The notes under the pieces were generated by a model. It saw only the letters and a list, made by a program, of their open reading frames with translations. It had not been told where the DNA came from and did no database searches. From Acidobacteriota bacterium (GTDB lineage Bacteria > Acidobacteriota > CAIWXX01), in assembly GCA_040755995.1 (NCBI GenBank), contig JBFMAF010000010.1:128001-192000 (forward strand): 64,000 nucleotides of DNA. The letters run 5' to 3'. Positions 20,581 through 30,700 of this stretch are shown here, in pieces; within the stretch, counting starts at the first letter, position 1, and each line of letters starts with the position of its first letter. The position numbers were made by a program, and so were the translations under genes.

Positions 20581-22140
20581 TCACAGAGAGGATTCCTCTG
20601 CGGAGCGCGGGCCGACCCTGATGGTCTTGGTGACCCTGCTCGATCCCGATGAGTTGCGGACGGTCAGCCTTGCCGTGTAGGAACGGGCTTTGGAATAGCG
20701 ATGCGTGGGCGACTTCGCGGTGGATGCGCGGCCGTCCCCGAATTTCCAACTGTACGCCGTCGGATTGCCGCTGGACAGATTGTTGAACTTCACGCGCTGC
20801 CCCGCTGTCGGGTTGGCAGGCGACCAGGTGAACTCCGCGCGAAGTCCCGTCGGCCCGTCCGCGTCTCGCACCAACCGGACGAAGTTGAGAATGCCTATCG
20901 CATCGCCCTGCGGGCCGCGGCCATAAGGGTAGTCGCCTGGATCCCCTGACTTGGGATCGCTCCGCTGCGCTCCGGCGCCGTGCACATCCCGCCAGGCGTT
21001 GTTCATGAAGCCGAGGGCCCGGCCGAATGCGACGTAGTTCGCGTCATTGCCGTCGAGGGTTCCCTCGGGGGATTCACCGACGTGCGTGGTCGAGGACCAG
21101 TAGAAACCGTAGTCGGCCTGGCCGTTGGGGTTGGTGATCTGCGTGCAGGTGAACAGCGGGTCGATGGCGGCGGAAGCAGTCGTGTCGGGCGACCGGGCGT
21201 AGTCCACGATGCTCTGAAGCTCCTTGGCGTCCGGCAGGCGCCAGTCATCGTGGCCGAGGTAGTTTTCGGCGTTCTTCTCCTGGACCCAGGCCAAGGCCTC
21301 TTTCCAGTTCAAGCCCTCGCCGCTGTCGCCCTGCGACCACATCAGCCCTGTGACGTCGTCGGTGATCGTGCCGTCGCCGTTGTCGACGAACTGGTTGATG
21401 CCATAGCTGGTATTGCCGCGGACGCACAGGACGTGATACGGCTTGGCAGTGGCTGCCGAGACGGGATAGCCCTTGATCCGTCCGTCGGCGAAGTTCACGC
21501 CGAACATCTGGTCGGTCTTGGCGACGTACAGCGTGCTGGTGGCCCACTGCGAGTCGATGATCCGCTCTGTCATGGGGGTTCCGCCAGGGCCGTTTCCGGC
21601 GGACTCGCCGATGAAGCCGTAAGCGAATCCGAAGACGCTCGTGTCGATGAACGGCGTCGTGCCGGTGGACGCGGAGGGATTGAGGTCAACGCCGCTGTGG
21701 TTGATCAGCGAGTAGAGTTCCTTGACCGTGGGCAGGCGCCAATCGGTGTAGCCGCCGTAGCCGTTGCCGTCGTGGTAGGTGTTGAGGGTGGCCGGAAACG
21801 CCACGGCGTTCTGATACGTCAGTTTGTCGTCGTGCGTGAGCGAGCCGTCGAAATTCGTGTCCGGACTTTGCATCCAGGTCAGACCGGTGACGTTGTCGTG
21901 GACGGTCAGGCCGTCGCCGCTCGTGGTGTAGCTCGGCTGGTTGCCGGAATGCTGGGCATCTTGGCCGTAGAAGGCCGACCCGGCCGAGGGGGGGGCGATG
22001 GCGGTCGAGTTGTTGTAGCAGTCGGTCTGCCCGGTGTCCACGACGTTGTAGGTCGCGGCCAACGCAGTCAGGCTCCAGGTGACGACCACCGCCCCGATCA
22101 AGGGAGCTTTTCCCAGTGCCCTTCTTGAGATGATTCCCAT
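20581..22140 (-). CDS. Secreted DUF1566 (Lcl C-terminal) protein with a C-terminal PKD domain
   Basis: DNVTGLTW...DWRLPTVKEL and DDVTGLMW...DWRLPDAKEL. PKD signature YSWKFGDG...SPTHRY. Confidence 0.85.
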   Translation of the reverse strand: MGIISRRALGKAPLIGAVVVTWSLTALAATYNVVDTGQTDCYNNSTAIAPPSAGSAFYGQDAQHSGNQPSYTTSGDGLTVHDNVTGLTWMQSPDTNFDGSLTHDDKLTYQNAVAFPATLNTYHDGNGYGGYTDWRLPTVKELYSLINHSGVDLNPSASTGTTPFIDTSVFGFAYGFIGESAGNGPGGTPMTERIIDSQWATSTLYVAKTDQMFGVNFADGRIKGYPVSAATAKPYHVLCVRGNTSYGINQFVDNGDGTITDDVTGLMWSQGDSGEGLNWKEALAWVQEKNAENYLGHDDWRLPDAKELQSIVDYARSPDTTASAAIDPLFTCTQITNPNGQADYGFYWSSTTHVGESPEGTLDGNDANYVAFGRALGFMNNAWRDVHGAGAQRSDPKSGDPGDYPYGRGPQGDAIGILNFVRLVRDADGPTGLRAEFTWSPANPTAGQRVKFNNLSSGNPTAYSWKFGDGRASTAKSPTHRYSKARSYTARLTVRNSSGSSRVTKTIRVGPRSAEESSL

Positions 22141-22237
22141 TCTCGCCTCCTATCTGTCACGCCGAGTGCCTCTCGTTGCGACACACGTAAGATAGGGGGG
22201 GAATGTAAATTCTATTTGAGGAATCGAGCCGTCAATT

Positions 22238-22253
22238 GTAAAGGTTCAGTAAA
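22238..22253. promoter_or_regulatory. Candidate CpxR/OmpR-type direct-repeat box
   Basis: GTAAA-ggttca-GTAAA in an AT-rich stretch upstream of the DUF1566/EF-hand/two-component operon; another GTAAA at 22205. Confidence 0.4.
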
Positions 22254-22339
22254 TCACGGGCACACGTCTCCCGCGGGCAGGCTCTTGTGAGCCCCATCGG
22301 CCTGCGCGGCCCCCTTCACGGTAGTTGTGCTCCACCCTA

Positions 22340-23761
22340 CTACGATCCGCCTGCGTACCGCTGCAGATCCAACCAGAGCGATTCCACGTGCCTTCGTTCC
22401 GTGGTCTCGGCTCCGATGCTCACGCGAAGCATCTGCCGGCCCTTTAACACCGAAGGGGTCAGGTAAGCCTTCCCTTCTTCGTTGACGCGGCGCGCAATCT
22501 CAACGTTGTGCCGCGTGAGCGCGGCCTCGTCGCCTCGGAATCGATCGGGCACGTGGCGGATGCAGACGGTTTGCAGGTGCACCGGCGCCATCAGCTCCCA
22601 GTCCTTCGCCTTCTCCACCCGGTCCTTCAACCATTGTGCGTTCGATAGGTCGCGACGGATCCTTGCCTGCAGGCCCTCGACACCAACATCCATGAGGAAG
22701 AAGAGCAGCTTGAGCGAACGGAAACGCCTCCCGAGCTGGATATGCCAGTCGCGGAAGTTCTTCACTTCGCCGTCCTGATCCGTCCGCAGGTAGCTCGGGT
22801 TGGTGCTCATCACGCGTATCAGGTGTTGCGGGTCGCGGACGAAGTAGGCGCTGAAATCGAACCCGACTCCCATCCACTTGTGCGGATTGAACACGAGGCT
22901 GTCCGCAGACTCCACACCCTCCCACATCCAGCGGCACTCCTCGAGCACCATCGCCGTCCCCGCCAGGGCCGCGTCGACATGGAGCCACATCCCGTGTTTC
23001 CTCGCGACCTCGGCGATCGCAGTCAGCGGGTCCAGCGCCGTGGTCGCCGTCGTACCCACTGTTGCCACGATCGCGCAAGGCCGCAGCCCCGCCCTGAGGT
23101 CGGCATCGACGGCAGACTCGAGCAGGTCCACGCGCAGCGCGTGGGCATCGTCCGTGCCGACCAGCCGCAGGTAGTCGCGGCCGAAGCCGGCAAGAAGAGC
23201 TGCCTTCTCGATCGAGCTGTGGGCTTGATCGGAGCCATGAACCACCAGGGGTGCCTCACCGGCCTGCATGCCCCTGCCGTTCTGGCTGAATCCTGACGCG
23301 CGCTCGCGCGCACACAGCAATGCGCACAGCGTCGCGGTGCTGGCCGTGTCGTGTACGACACCGGTCCAGGCGGGCGAGAGCCCGACCATCTGTCGCAGCC
23401 AGTCCATCACCACTTCTTCCACCTCGGTGGCGGCGGGGCTGGTCTGCCAGCTCATTCCCTGGACGCCGAGTCCCGAGGCCACGATGTCGGCGAGGATCGA
23501 CGCGTAGCTCGTGTTGCTGGGGAAATAGGCGAAGAACGACGGATGGTTCCAGTGCGTGATGCCGGGCAGCAGGTCCGTATCCAAGGCTGCCAGGGCCTCT
23601 GCAAGCCGTCCGCCGGAGGCCGGCGGGACTCGAGGAAACCGTGCGCGGATCTCTCCCGGCCTGGCCCGGCTCATCACCGGGAGCGTCTCCAGCCGCTCGC
23701 GGTAGTCCGCGACCCAATCCACGAGCCTGTGCCCGAGAAGTCTGAACGTAGCTGCATCCAT
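22340..23761 (-). CDS. PLP-dependent aromatic L-amino acid decarboxylase (group II)
   Basis: THWNHPSFFAYFP, SPAATEVE, AHSSIEKA, WLHVDAA, NPHKW (PLP lysine), LGRRFRSLK. Confidence 0.92.
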   Translation of the reverse strand: MDAATFRLLGHRLVDWVADYRERLETLPVMSRARPGEIRARFPRVPPASGGRLAEALAALDTDLLPGITHWNHPSFFAYFPSNTSYASILADIVASGLGVQGMSWQTSPAATEVEEVVMDWLRQMVGLSPAWTGVVHDTASTATLCALLCARERASGFSQNGRGMQAGEAPLVVHGSDQAHSSIEKAALLAGFGRDYLRLVGTDDAHALRVDLLESAVDADLRAGLRPCAIVATVGTTATTALDPLTAIAEVARKHGMWLHVDAALAGTAMVLEECRWMWEGVESADSLVFNPHKWMGVGFDFSAYFVRDPQHLIRVMSTNPSYLRTDQDGEVKNFRDWHIQLGRRFRSLKLLFFLMDVGVEGLQARIRRDLSNAQWLKDRVEKAKDWELMAPVHLQTVCIRHVPDRFRGDEAALTRHNVEIARRVNEEGKAYLTPSVLKGRQMLRVSIGAETTERRHVESLWLDLQRYAGGS

Positions 23762-23975
23762 GCCTGCACCTCTCTTGCCTTGTTCATCGTAGCATAGACC
23801 CCTTGCCCAGGTACTTGCCAGCGAGGCGCGGCCTCAGACCGATGAACCATGCGAGGCTGCGTCGGCCGCACCTCGCGTGGAGAGTAGAGAGTGGCAGTGA
23901 CGCCCCGGTCCAAAGACTTGACTCAATCGCAACATCAAGGGCGGTGCCGCTGACTTAGGGATTGTCCGTGCACGT

Positions 23976-24004
23976 TTGACAAGTGTATCTCCATGGGATA
24001 CACT
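23976..24004 (+). promoter_or_regulatory. Sigma70 promoter overlapped by an inverted-repeat operator
   Basis: TTGACA(23976)-17 bp-TACACT(23999). Inverted repeat AAGTGTATC-N7-GATACACTT at 23981-24005. Confidence 0.75.
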
Positions 24005-24044
24005 TCACAACAGTATCTCCGCAAGACACACTTGGAGGTGCCGG

Positions 24045-25436
24045 ATGTTTCTCAATCGCGAGCGCGAGATTGGGTTCCTGGAGAGCCGGTATCGCCGGCC
24101 GGGTGCGGAGTTCGCGGTGCTCTATGGGCGCCGCCGCGTGGGCAAGACGAGTCTCGTATATGAGTGGTGCCGGCAGAGGCCGCATGTGTATTTCTTCGGA
24201 GCGCGTCTGAGCGGTGCGGCGCTCCTGCACGAGTTCTCGCAGGCCCTGGCGGGTTCGCTCGAAGGTGCACCGAGTGTGTTCGCGGACTGGACCGGAGCCC
24301 TGGGGGCGCTGGGGGAATTGGCCCGCCAGCGGCGATTCGTCGTCGTTCTCGACGAGTACCCGTACTTGGCGGACTCTGTGCCCGGGGTTTCCACCGTGCT
24401 ACAACGCGCGTGGGACACAACGCTGCAGCGCACTCATCTGTTTCTGTGCCTGACCGGTTCAACGCACAGCGTGATGCGGAGGGAGATATTTGAGGCCGCA
24501 GCCCCTCTCTATCGCAGGCACACCTGGGCGTACGAGCTCCTCCCCATGCAGCCTTCAGACCTGCGGGCCTTCTTTCCTGGGTACACCCCGGAGCAATTGA
24601 TCGAGGCCTACTCCATCCTCGGGGGAATGCCGCGCAACCTGGTCGTCGTCGACCCGCAAGCCGGACTGATGCGCAACGTCGCGAAGGAGCTCTTGAGCCC
24701 GGCGGGCAGCCTGTTCAACGAGGTGCGGCTGCTGCTGCACGAGGACCTGAAGGGGGAGGTCGACATCTACAGCCGGGTTCTCTCGGCCATAGCCGGTGGC
24801 CAGCATCACCGAAGGGACATCGCGGCCGCCACGCAGCTGAGCCTGGCAGCTGCTCAGCACTATATCGGGGCGCTGCAGACCAGCGGGCTTGTCGAGCATC
24901 GCCGCCCGCTGACACGGCTGCGCGACGAGGATCGCCAGGGCACCTATCACATACTCGATCCGTTTCTGCGGTTCTGGCATCGATGGGTGGCACAGTATCA
25001 AGCCATGCTGGAGATCAACCGGCACCAGGCCGAGACGCTCAGCGAGATCCGCAACGAGTTGTCGTTCATCGTGGCCCCCGTCTGGGAGTCTATCGCGCGC
25101 CAGCACCTGCTGGTTGCATCGGCACGCGGTCAAATCCCATTCGCTGTACAGGAGGTGGGCGCGTGGTGGTCGCGAGACGCTCAGGTGGATGTGATCGGCG
25201 TGAACCGAAGCGAACGGCGCGTAGTATTCGGAGAGGCTCGCTGGCGTTCCACCGCCGTCACCGCCAAGGCGCTGGGCGACCTGGTCGAGAAGGGCCTCCT
25301 ATGGCTTCGAGGTGACACCTCGCGCTGGGACGTGCACTATGCATTCTTCGGCCGATCCTTCGGTCGCGTGCAAATCGACCGCGTTGACCGGGACAAAGTA
25401 CATCTGTTCACCCCTGAAGATGTGACGATGCCGTGA
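24045..25436 (+). CDS. Archaeal-type ATPase with wHTH and DUF234 (PD-(D/E)xK-like) domains
   Basis: FLNREREI, Walker A YGRRRVGKT, Walker B VVLDEYP, DPFLRFW, WW...QVDVIG...FGEARW. GGAGGTG RBS. Confidence 0.88.
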   Translation: MFLNREREIGFLESRYRRPGAEFAVLYGRRRVGKTSLVYEWCRQRPHVYFFGARLSGAALLHEFSQALAGSLEGAPSVFADWTGALGALGELARQRRFVVVLDEYPYLADSVPGVSTVLQRAWDTTLQRTHLFLCLTGSTHSVMRREIFEAAAPLYRRHTWAYELLPMQPSDLRAFFPGYTPEQLIEAYSILGGMPRNLVVVDPQAGLMRNVAKELLSPAGSLFNEVRLLLHEDLKGEVDIYSRVLSAIAGGQHHRRDIAAATQLSLAAAQHYIGALQTSGLVEHRRPLTRLRDEDRQGTYHILDPFLRFWHRWVAQYQAMLEINRHQAETLSEIRNELSFIVAPVWESIARQHLLVASARGQIPFAVQEVGAWWSRDAQVDVIGVNRSERRVVFGEARWRSTAVTAKALGDLVEKGLLWLRGDTSRWDVHYAFFGRSFGRVQIDRVDRDKVHLFTPEDVTMP

Positions 25437-25546
25437 TCAGGAGTCTGGGCGCTCTGGCCTCCCTTGCAGGAGGCTGGACACGAGTCCGGGCGGTATCATA
25501 GGGCACCGACGCCCGAGGACGCGCGCGCACTGAGCCAGCGCAAGTG

Positions 25547-27703
25547 TTACTGAGGGGAAGCGCGGCCTTCCTCGCCGGGGCCCCGTTCACCACCGGCCCC
25601 GCCCGGCCGAACCAGCAGCCGCACCAGCAGCAGCAAGAGCACCACGGCGACGGCGACCAGCGCGCCCCAGAAGAGCTTCTTCTGCATCGGGGCGGTCGAC
25701 GGAGGCTTGGGCACAACGGTCTCGGGGGAGAGCGCCAGCTCGTGCGCCTGGGCTCCCATCAGGCGAGGCGCGAGCAGCGCGAGATCGTAGCGCGGCGGGC
25801 GGAGACCCGGCTGGCCGTAGTAGAGCGACAGCCGCGCGCCGGCCCCGTAAAAGAACCTCAGCCGGTATGCCGGGAGCAGGATCTCTGCACTCTTGATCGG
25901 AAGCGGGCTGTTGTCTCCCTCGTCGACGAGCACGATCAGCCTGGCAGTTCGCGGAGCCTTGAGTGCCAGCGCCATGGCGGGCGCCGCCCGCTCCTCGGCC
26001 GCATGAATCCACTGCCCCTGCGCCAGCGTCTCGACCCATGGCTCCTCGCGCGTGTCCACCGGATGCCGCTCGGCTTGCACCGAGACCCAACGATCGAAGA
26101 CCCTCGCCGTGGTCTTGAGCACGAGCGTGCACTCGGGCAGCGTCTCGTATGGAAAATCGAGGAGGTACCGCGACATCGTGCCCGCGCCGCCTTCTTTCTT
26201 GTCGACGGTTCGTTGCGGTACATGCAGTGGCAGCGTCAGCGGCTCGCCGCGCCTTTCCAGAAGGTACGGCACCTGCCGCCCGCCTGAGTCTACGATTCGG
26301 ATGTCCCCAAGCTCGCTCTGGACCGTGTCCCCATGCGCCAGCACGGCGGCGTCCAGCTGCAGCGACGTGAGCCCCGGGCGTCCCTCGGGTATCGTTCTGG
26401 AGTATTCGAATTTCTGTACTTCCAACTCAGCGCCGACGAGCGGGATAGGGCTGGTTTGCGGCACAGGAGGCCCCGCGGCCACCAGATCGCGCGCCTCTCC
26501 CCAGTGCGCGTCCACCATCGTCGCGCTTTCGATCATCTTCCGCTTGGCTTCCAGGTCGTATCTGGGCGGCGCCATGCCTCGCACACCGTACCGTGCCATC
26601 AGCGGCGCGCCATCCGAGCTCTCGAAGTAGATCCAGGGCAAAGGCGCCAGCTCGACCGACACCTCCTTCAGGTCCAGCGGCGGGTTGTCGCGATCCTCCA
26701 CGACGAGCTGCAGCTCCGGTTCCTCAGGGCGTGCGATTGGGATCCGCAGGTCAGATGCAGTGAGGTCGCCGTGGCGTACCATTCGGAGAGGCGCGCTGCC
26801 CAGAGCGTGCGCCACTACCTGGCTCCCTTGGAGTCTCGCTTCTGTCACGTTCGCTACCCGGTCCAGGGTGCTCTCGCCCACCATGATATCCACCGCGACG
26901 ATGGGCAGATGCGCTCCGGCCAGGCGGATCATGAATCGGCTCTTTCCCGGCTCGCTCGCCAACCGCGCGAACTCGACAACCAGACGCACGGGCGCAGGGG
27001 ACACGATAGTACCCGGCACGCGCACGCGAACTCGGGATGGAGACGGCAGGCGGTGGCTGGATCGATCGTCCCAGATGAGTCGCAAATACCGGTACTCGCC
27101 GGGTGCGAAATCGACGTGGGTCCGCCGGAGTGACTCTTCGGGCAGGTCGAACAGAGTGCCCTCGGCCGTCAGCACGGTCCAGTGGCTTCGATCGCCGCTG
27201 CCTTCAAGCCTGAATTTTTTTACAAAAGGGGCCGGCAGCCCGAACAGCTCCATGCGGTCAACGACGCGCAGCGCACCGATGTCAGCCTCGAAGCCGCTCT
27301 TCTGCCGCGTCGCGGCCACCGGCAAGCGGGTCGCGTCAGTCCATCGCGCAGTCACATCGGGCGGCGACACGAGCAGATATGGCACTTCCCGGTCCGCAGC
27401 ATCGAAGAGCCGCAAATCACCGAGACCGCCCGCAAAGACCGGCTGCGGCTTCCCATCCGCGTCCAGCGCGTCGAGGTACCGCAGTCTCTCCGAGGAGACC
27501 AGCAGCGCCTGGTCGACAAGCAGGCGATTCGGCCTTGCGCCGCCAGGCTTCACCTCCCGCTCGAAACGGAACGCGGCCCTCGACGCGGGCGCCGGCTCCT
27601 GAGCAGCGGGCAATCGGCCTGCCAGCGCCCAACAGACCAGGAACAGCAGACCGGCCCGGCCGCCGACCGGCGGCACCGGGATCCGCGCGAGCGGCCGATC
27701 CAT
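25547..27703 (-). CDS. DUF3999-like exported protein with C-terminal membrane anchor
   Basis: Two repeats of DLRL.D...REVPYLL...DNPPL...PRYDL and a C-terminal TM helix. GGAGG before ATG 27703. Confidence 0.72.
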   Translation of the reverse strand: MDRPLARIPVPPVGGRAGLLFLVCWALAGRLPAAQEPAPASRAAFRFEREVKPGGARPNRLLVDQALLVSSERLRYLDALDADGKPQPVFAGGLGDLRLFDAADREVPYLLVSPPDVTARWTDATRLPVAATRQKSGFEADIGALRVVDRMELFGLPAPFVKKFRLEGSGDRSHWTVLTAEGTLFDLPEESLRRTHVDFAPGEYRYLRLIWDDRSSHRLPSPSRVRVRVPGTIVSPAPVRLVVEFARLASEPGKSRFMIRLAGAHLPIVAVDIMVGESTLDRVANVTEARLQGSQVVAHALGSAPLRMVRHGDLTASDLRIPIARPEEPELQLVVEDRDNPPLDLKEVSVELAPLPWIYFESSDGAPLMARYGVRGMAPPRYDLEAKRKMIESATMVDAHWGEARDLVAAGPPVPQTSPIPLVGAELEVQKFEYSRTIPEGRPGLTSLQLDAAVLAHGDTVQSELGDIRIVDSGGRQVPYLLERRGEPLTLPLHVPQRTVDKKEGGAGTMSRYLLDFPYETLPECTLVLKTTARVFDRWVSVQAERHPVDTREEPWVETLAQGQWIHAAEERAAPAMALALKAPRTARLIVLVDEGDNSPLPIKSAEILLPAYRLRFFYGAGARLSLYYGQPGLRPPRYDLALLAPRLMGAQAHELALSPETVVPKPPSTAPMQKKLFWGALVAVAVVLLLLLVRLLVRPGGAGGERGPGEEGRASPQ

Positions 27704-27723
27704 CGGATATCCTCCCCTTGAGA

Positions 27724-30700
27724 TCATTTCGGCAATTCCTCGCGAAGCACGAATCGTTGGATGAGAATGGCCACGAGCGCGAGGCACACCGCCAGTGCAA
27801 CTACTGATCCGACCCTGAACAGCCCACCCAGGCGCCAGAGATCGCTCAGGAAACACTTCGCCAGCGTCGCGACCAGAAGCACGATCGACGCGATGCGGGT
27901 CGGACGGCTCCTTGCAGCGATCCCCGCGATCAGTAGTCCTATCGCGAACAGTCCCCAGCCGATCGTGTACGTCAAATTCTGCGAGAGCCCTGCAGAGAAG
28001 TTGAATGTAAGCGCCGTCCCCTTCGAGTAAAAGTCCGCAATCTCGATGTTGAGCAGCAGGAAGAGCAGCACGGTCGCACACGCAGGCAGCCCTGACGACA
28101 GTCTGAAGAATCCAATTCGATCCTCAGTAGCGCGAAGAAACCTGGCACCGAGAAACATCGATATTGCAGACACAAGGTACGTGTAAAGATACCAGTTGAG
28201 AATCGGGTGCACCCCTCGGGGATGGTATTGGAACACGGCGGGATTGAACACCAGGCGGACGAACACTGCGGCGAAGAGCGCGGCCGACCACCAGAGAAGT
28301 CCACGATGCGGGATCTTGCGGTAGAGCCATCCGAGGGCAGCTGCTTGGAGCACCCAGCCGATCGTGATCCATTGCTTCTCCAATTGCAGCGGAATCGCGA
28401 CTGTGATGAACGCGAGCCCCGCCCCTGCCATCAGCGCCAATCTCCCGATGTCCCGTTCGCCGGACGGTTCGAGCCGCGTGAGCCGCCAGAGCAGCAGTGC
28501 CATCAATGCGGCCTGTGCGACGGGCAGGATCCCGATTCGATCACCGTAGTCGCCGGCCAGTATTGCGTGCCGCGCGAGGAAGAAGAACGGCACGCTCGCG
28601 AGCACCGCCGCCACGTGCGGCTCGCGAACGGGCCTGGCGCGATCACCCAACAGCAACGGATACACAACGAAGAGCGCGTAGAGCGCGAGGGCGAAGAGCA
28701 ACTCTTCCTTCCACATCTCCAGGTGAGCCTCTCGCCAGACATAGACGGCTACCGCAGGAAGCACGACCGCGATGACGGAGATGACGTATCGATCCGTCAG
28801 CCATGCGATCCACAGCAGAGCCACGATCAGAGCCGCGTGGGCAGGGATCAGGTAAGATATGCCTATCCGCGGGGCCACCGCGGCGGCAACTATCGCCACG
28901 GCCTGACCCAACAGGATGGCGCTCGTCGCCCCCTGGTCGAAGCGGCGGGCGAAGGATGCCCCCGGTGCTCTCGATTCCAGACGGCGCGCCAGCAGGAGCC
29001 AAGCGATCCCGAACGCCGCGACCGCGAGGGCGGCTCCGATGCCGATCTCGGGCCACGGGGCCAGTCGGGAGAAACACACCCACGTGAACAGAATCACCTG
29101 CGATGCGCCGAGCGAGACGAGGTGGATCTCGCCGCCGCGCACGTAGAGCGCCGCGATGCCGATCGCGAGGTCGAGCACAAATAGTATCGCCAGGAACGGC
29201 CACGGCGGCTCGGAGAGCGTCGGCTGCGCCGCCACGAAGAGCAAGAACAGATGGCCCGCCAGACCCAGGTACATCCCCTGCATCGACAGGGCTGCTTCGC
29301 CCGTGCGGCTCCGCAACCAGGCGTTCCCCGCGAGAACGAGCACAGCAAAACCCGCGACCACCATCAGAGCAGGGATCAGGATCGAGATAACCGTCGCAGT
29401 CGCCCACCAGACGGCGATGACGATCCACGACAAGACCACGCCCGCAATCGTCCAGAGCGAACGCGGAGCGGCCGCCCCTTCGATGAAGAGACCGACATTG
29501 AGGATCATGAGAAGCAGCGCCATGCCCCAGAGCGAGACCGCTGCGACGGGACCGGCGGCCAGGAAAAGGAGAAGAGCCAGACTCAAGAAGAGCACGAGCG
29601 CTCCCGCGCCCTGCGGTTGCAGCTTCTTACCCAACCGCCGCGCAACCAGGGGGACGCCGAGGTAGAACAGCGCGAAGAAGCCGTAGATGGTCAGTCCCGG
29701 GATGAGCCGGTCGGGCGTGAGATGTCTGGCCGACCAGACCGCCTCGGCGGCGACCGCGAAGAATGCGCCGAGGAAGTACGGTGCGCCAGACTCGCGCGCG
29801 ACGGCCAGGATCGCCAGCAGCGCGAGCAGAGCGAAGAGCACGCCGAAGAGCAGCCACGGCGAGGCGGTCTGCGGTTCGAGCGCTGAGAGCCCTGAGAAGA
29901 CGAAGAGCAGCAACGGCGCTATGATCGTGGCCCGCTTTCCATGACCCGCGAACGGCCGCCCGAGCCGCTCGGCGACGGTCTCTGCAAGGGCATACGTGCA
30001 CACCAGCGCGCAGACGAAAAGCAGAATGCCGGGCCATGCCGCTTTGGTGTAGCTCGCCGTGAGCCAGATCGCGAAGACGAGAATCGTGGATGCGCCGCCG
30101 ACGAAGTGCAGCAACTCGGGCCCGCGCAAGATGGCAACCGCAGCAAGTCCAAGGTCCACGCAGAGGAGGAACCCGAAGAGCAGCACGTAGCGCGCCCCGT
30201 ATGCCGGCACGGCGGCCATGTAAAGACCGAAGAGCAGCGGCAGCGCCGCGCTGATCGCAGTCGAGCGGCCGAAGATCGGACTCAGCTCCTCCGGCGCCTT
30301 CACCCGCGTCACCGCCAACATGGCCACGACACTGACAACAGCGAAGACGATGAAGATGCCCGCTGCCAACGGCAGCTGGCCCGAGTCGAGGAATTTCATC
30401 GCCCATCCCCACTGATACAGCGTGGTGAGAGCTACGGAGAAGGCGGTGAGGTGCGGCCAGTTCTTCCAGTAGGCAACCAGGGCCAGGCCGATGTTGAGAA
30501 GAAGGAGGTAGCTGAAGAGGCCGATCGGTTGGTTCTGTCCGGTCGAGAGCAGCGCAGGGGTGGCGAAGCCGCCGAGAAGACCGAGGACCGCTATGAACAG
30601 CGAGTCGTGACGGATCGACAACACAACCGCCACCACAGTGACGAGAATCATGAATGCGAACGTCCAGCCTGTGCTGAGCAGATGCCAGAGGGCGGCCGAC

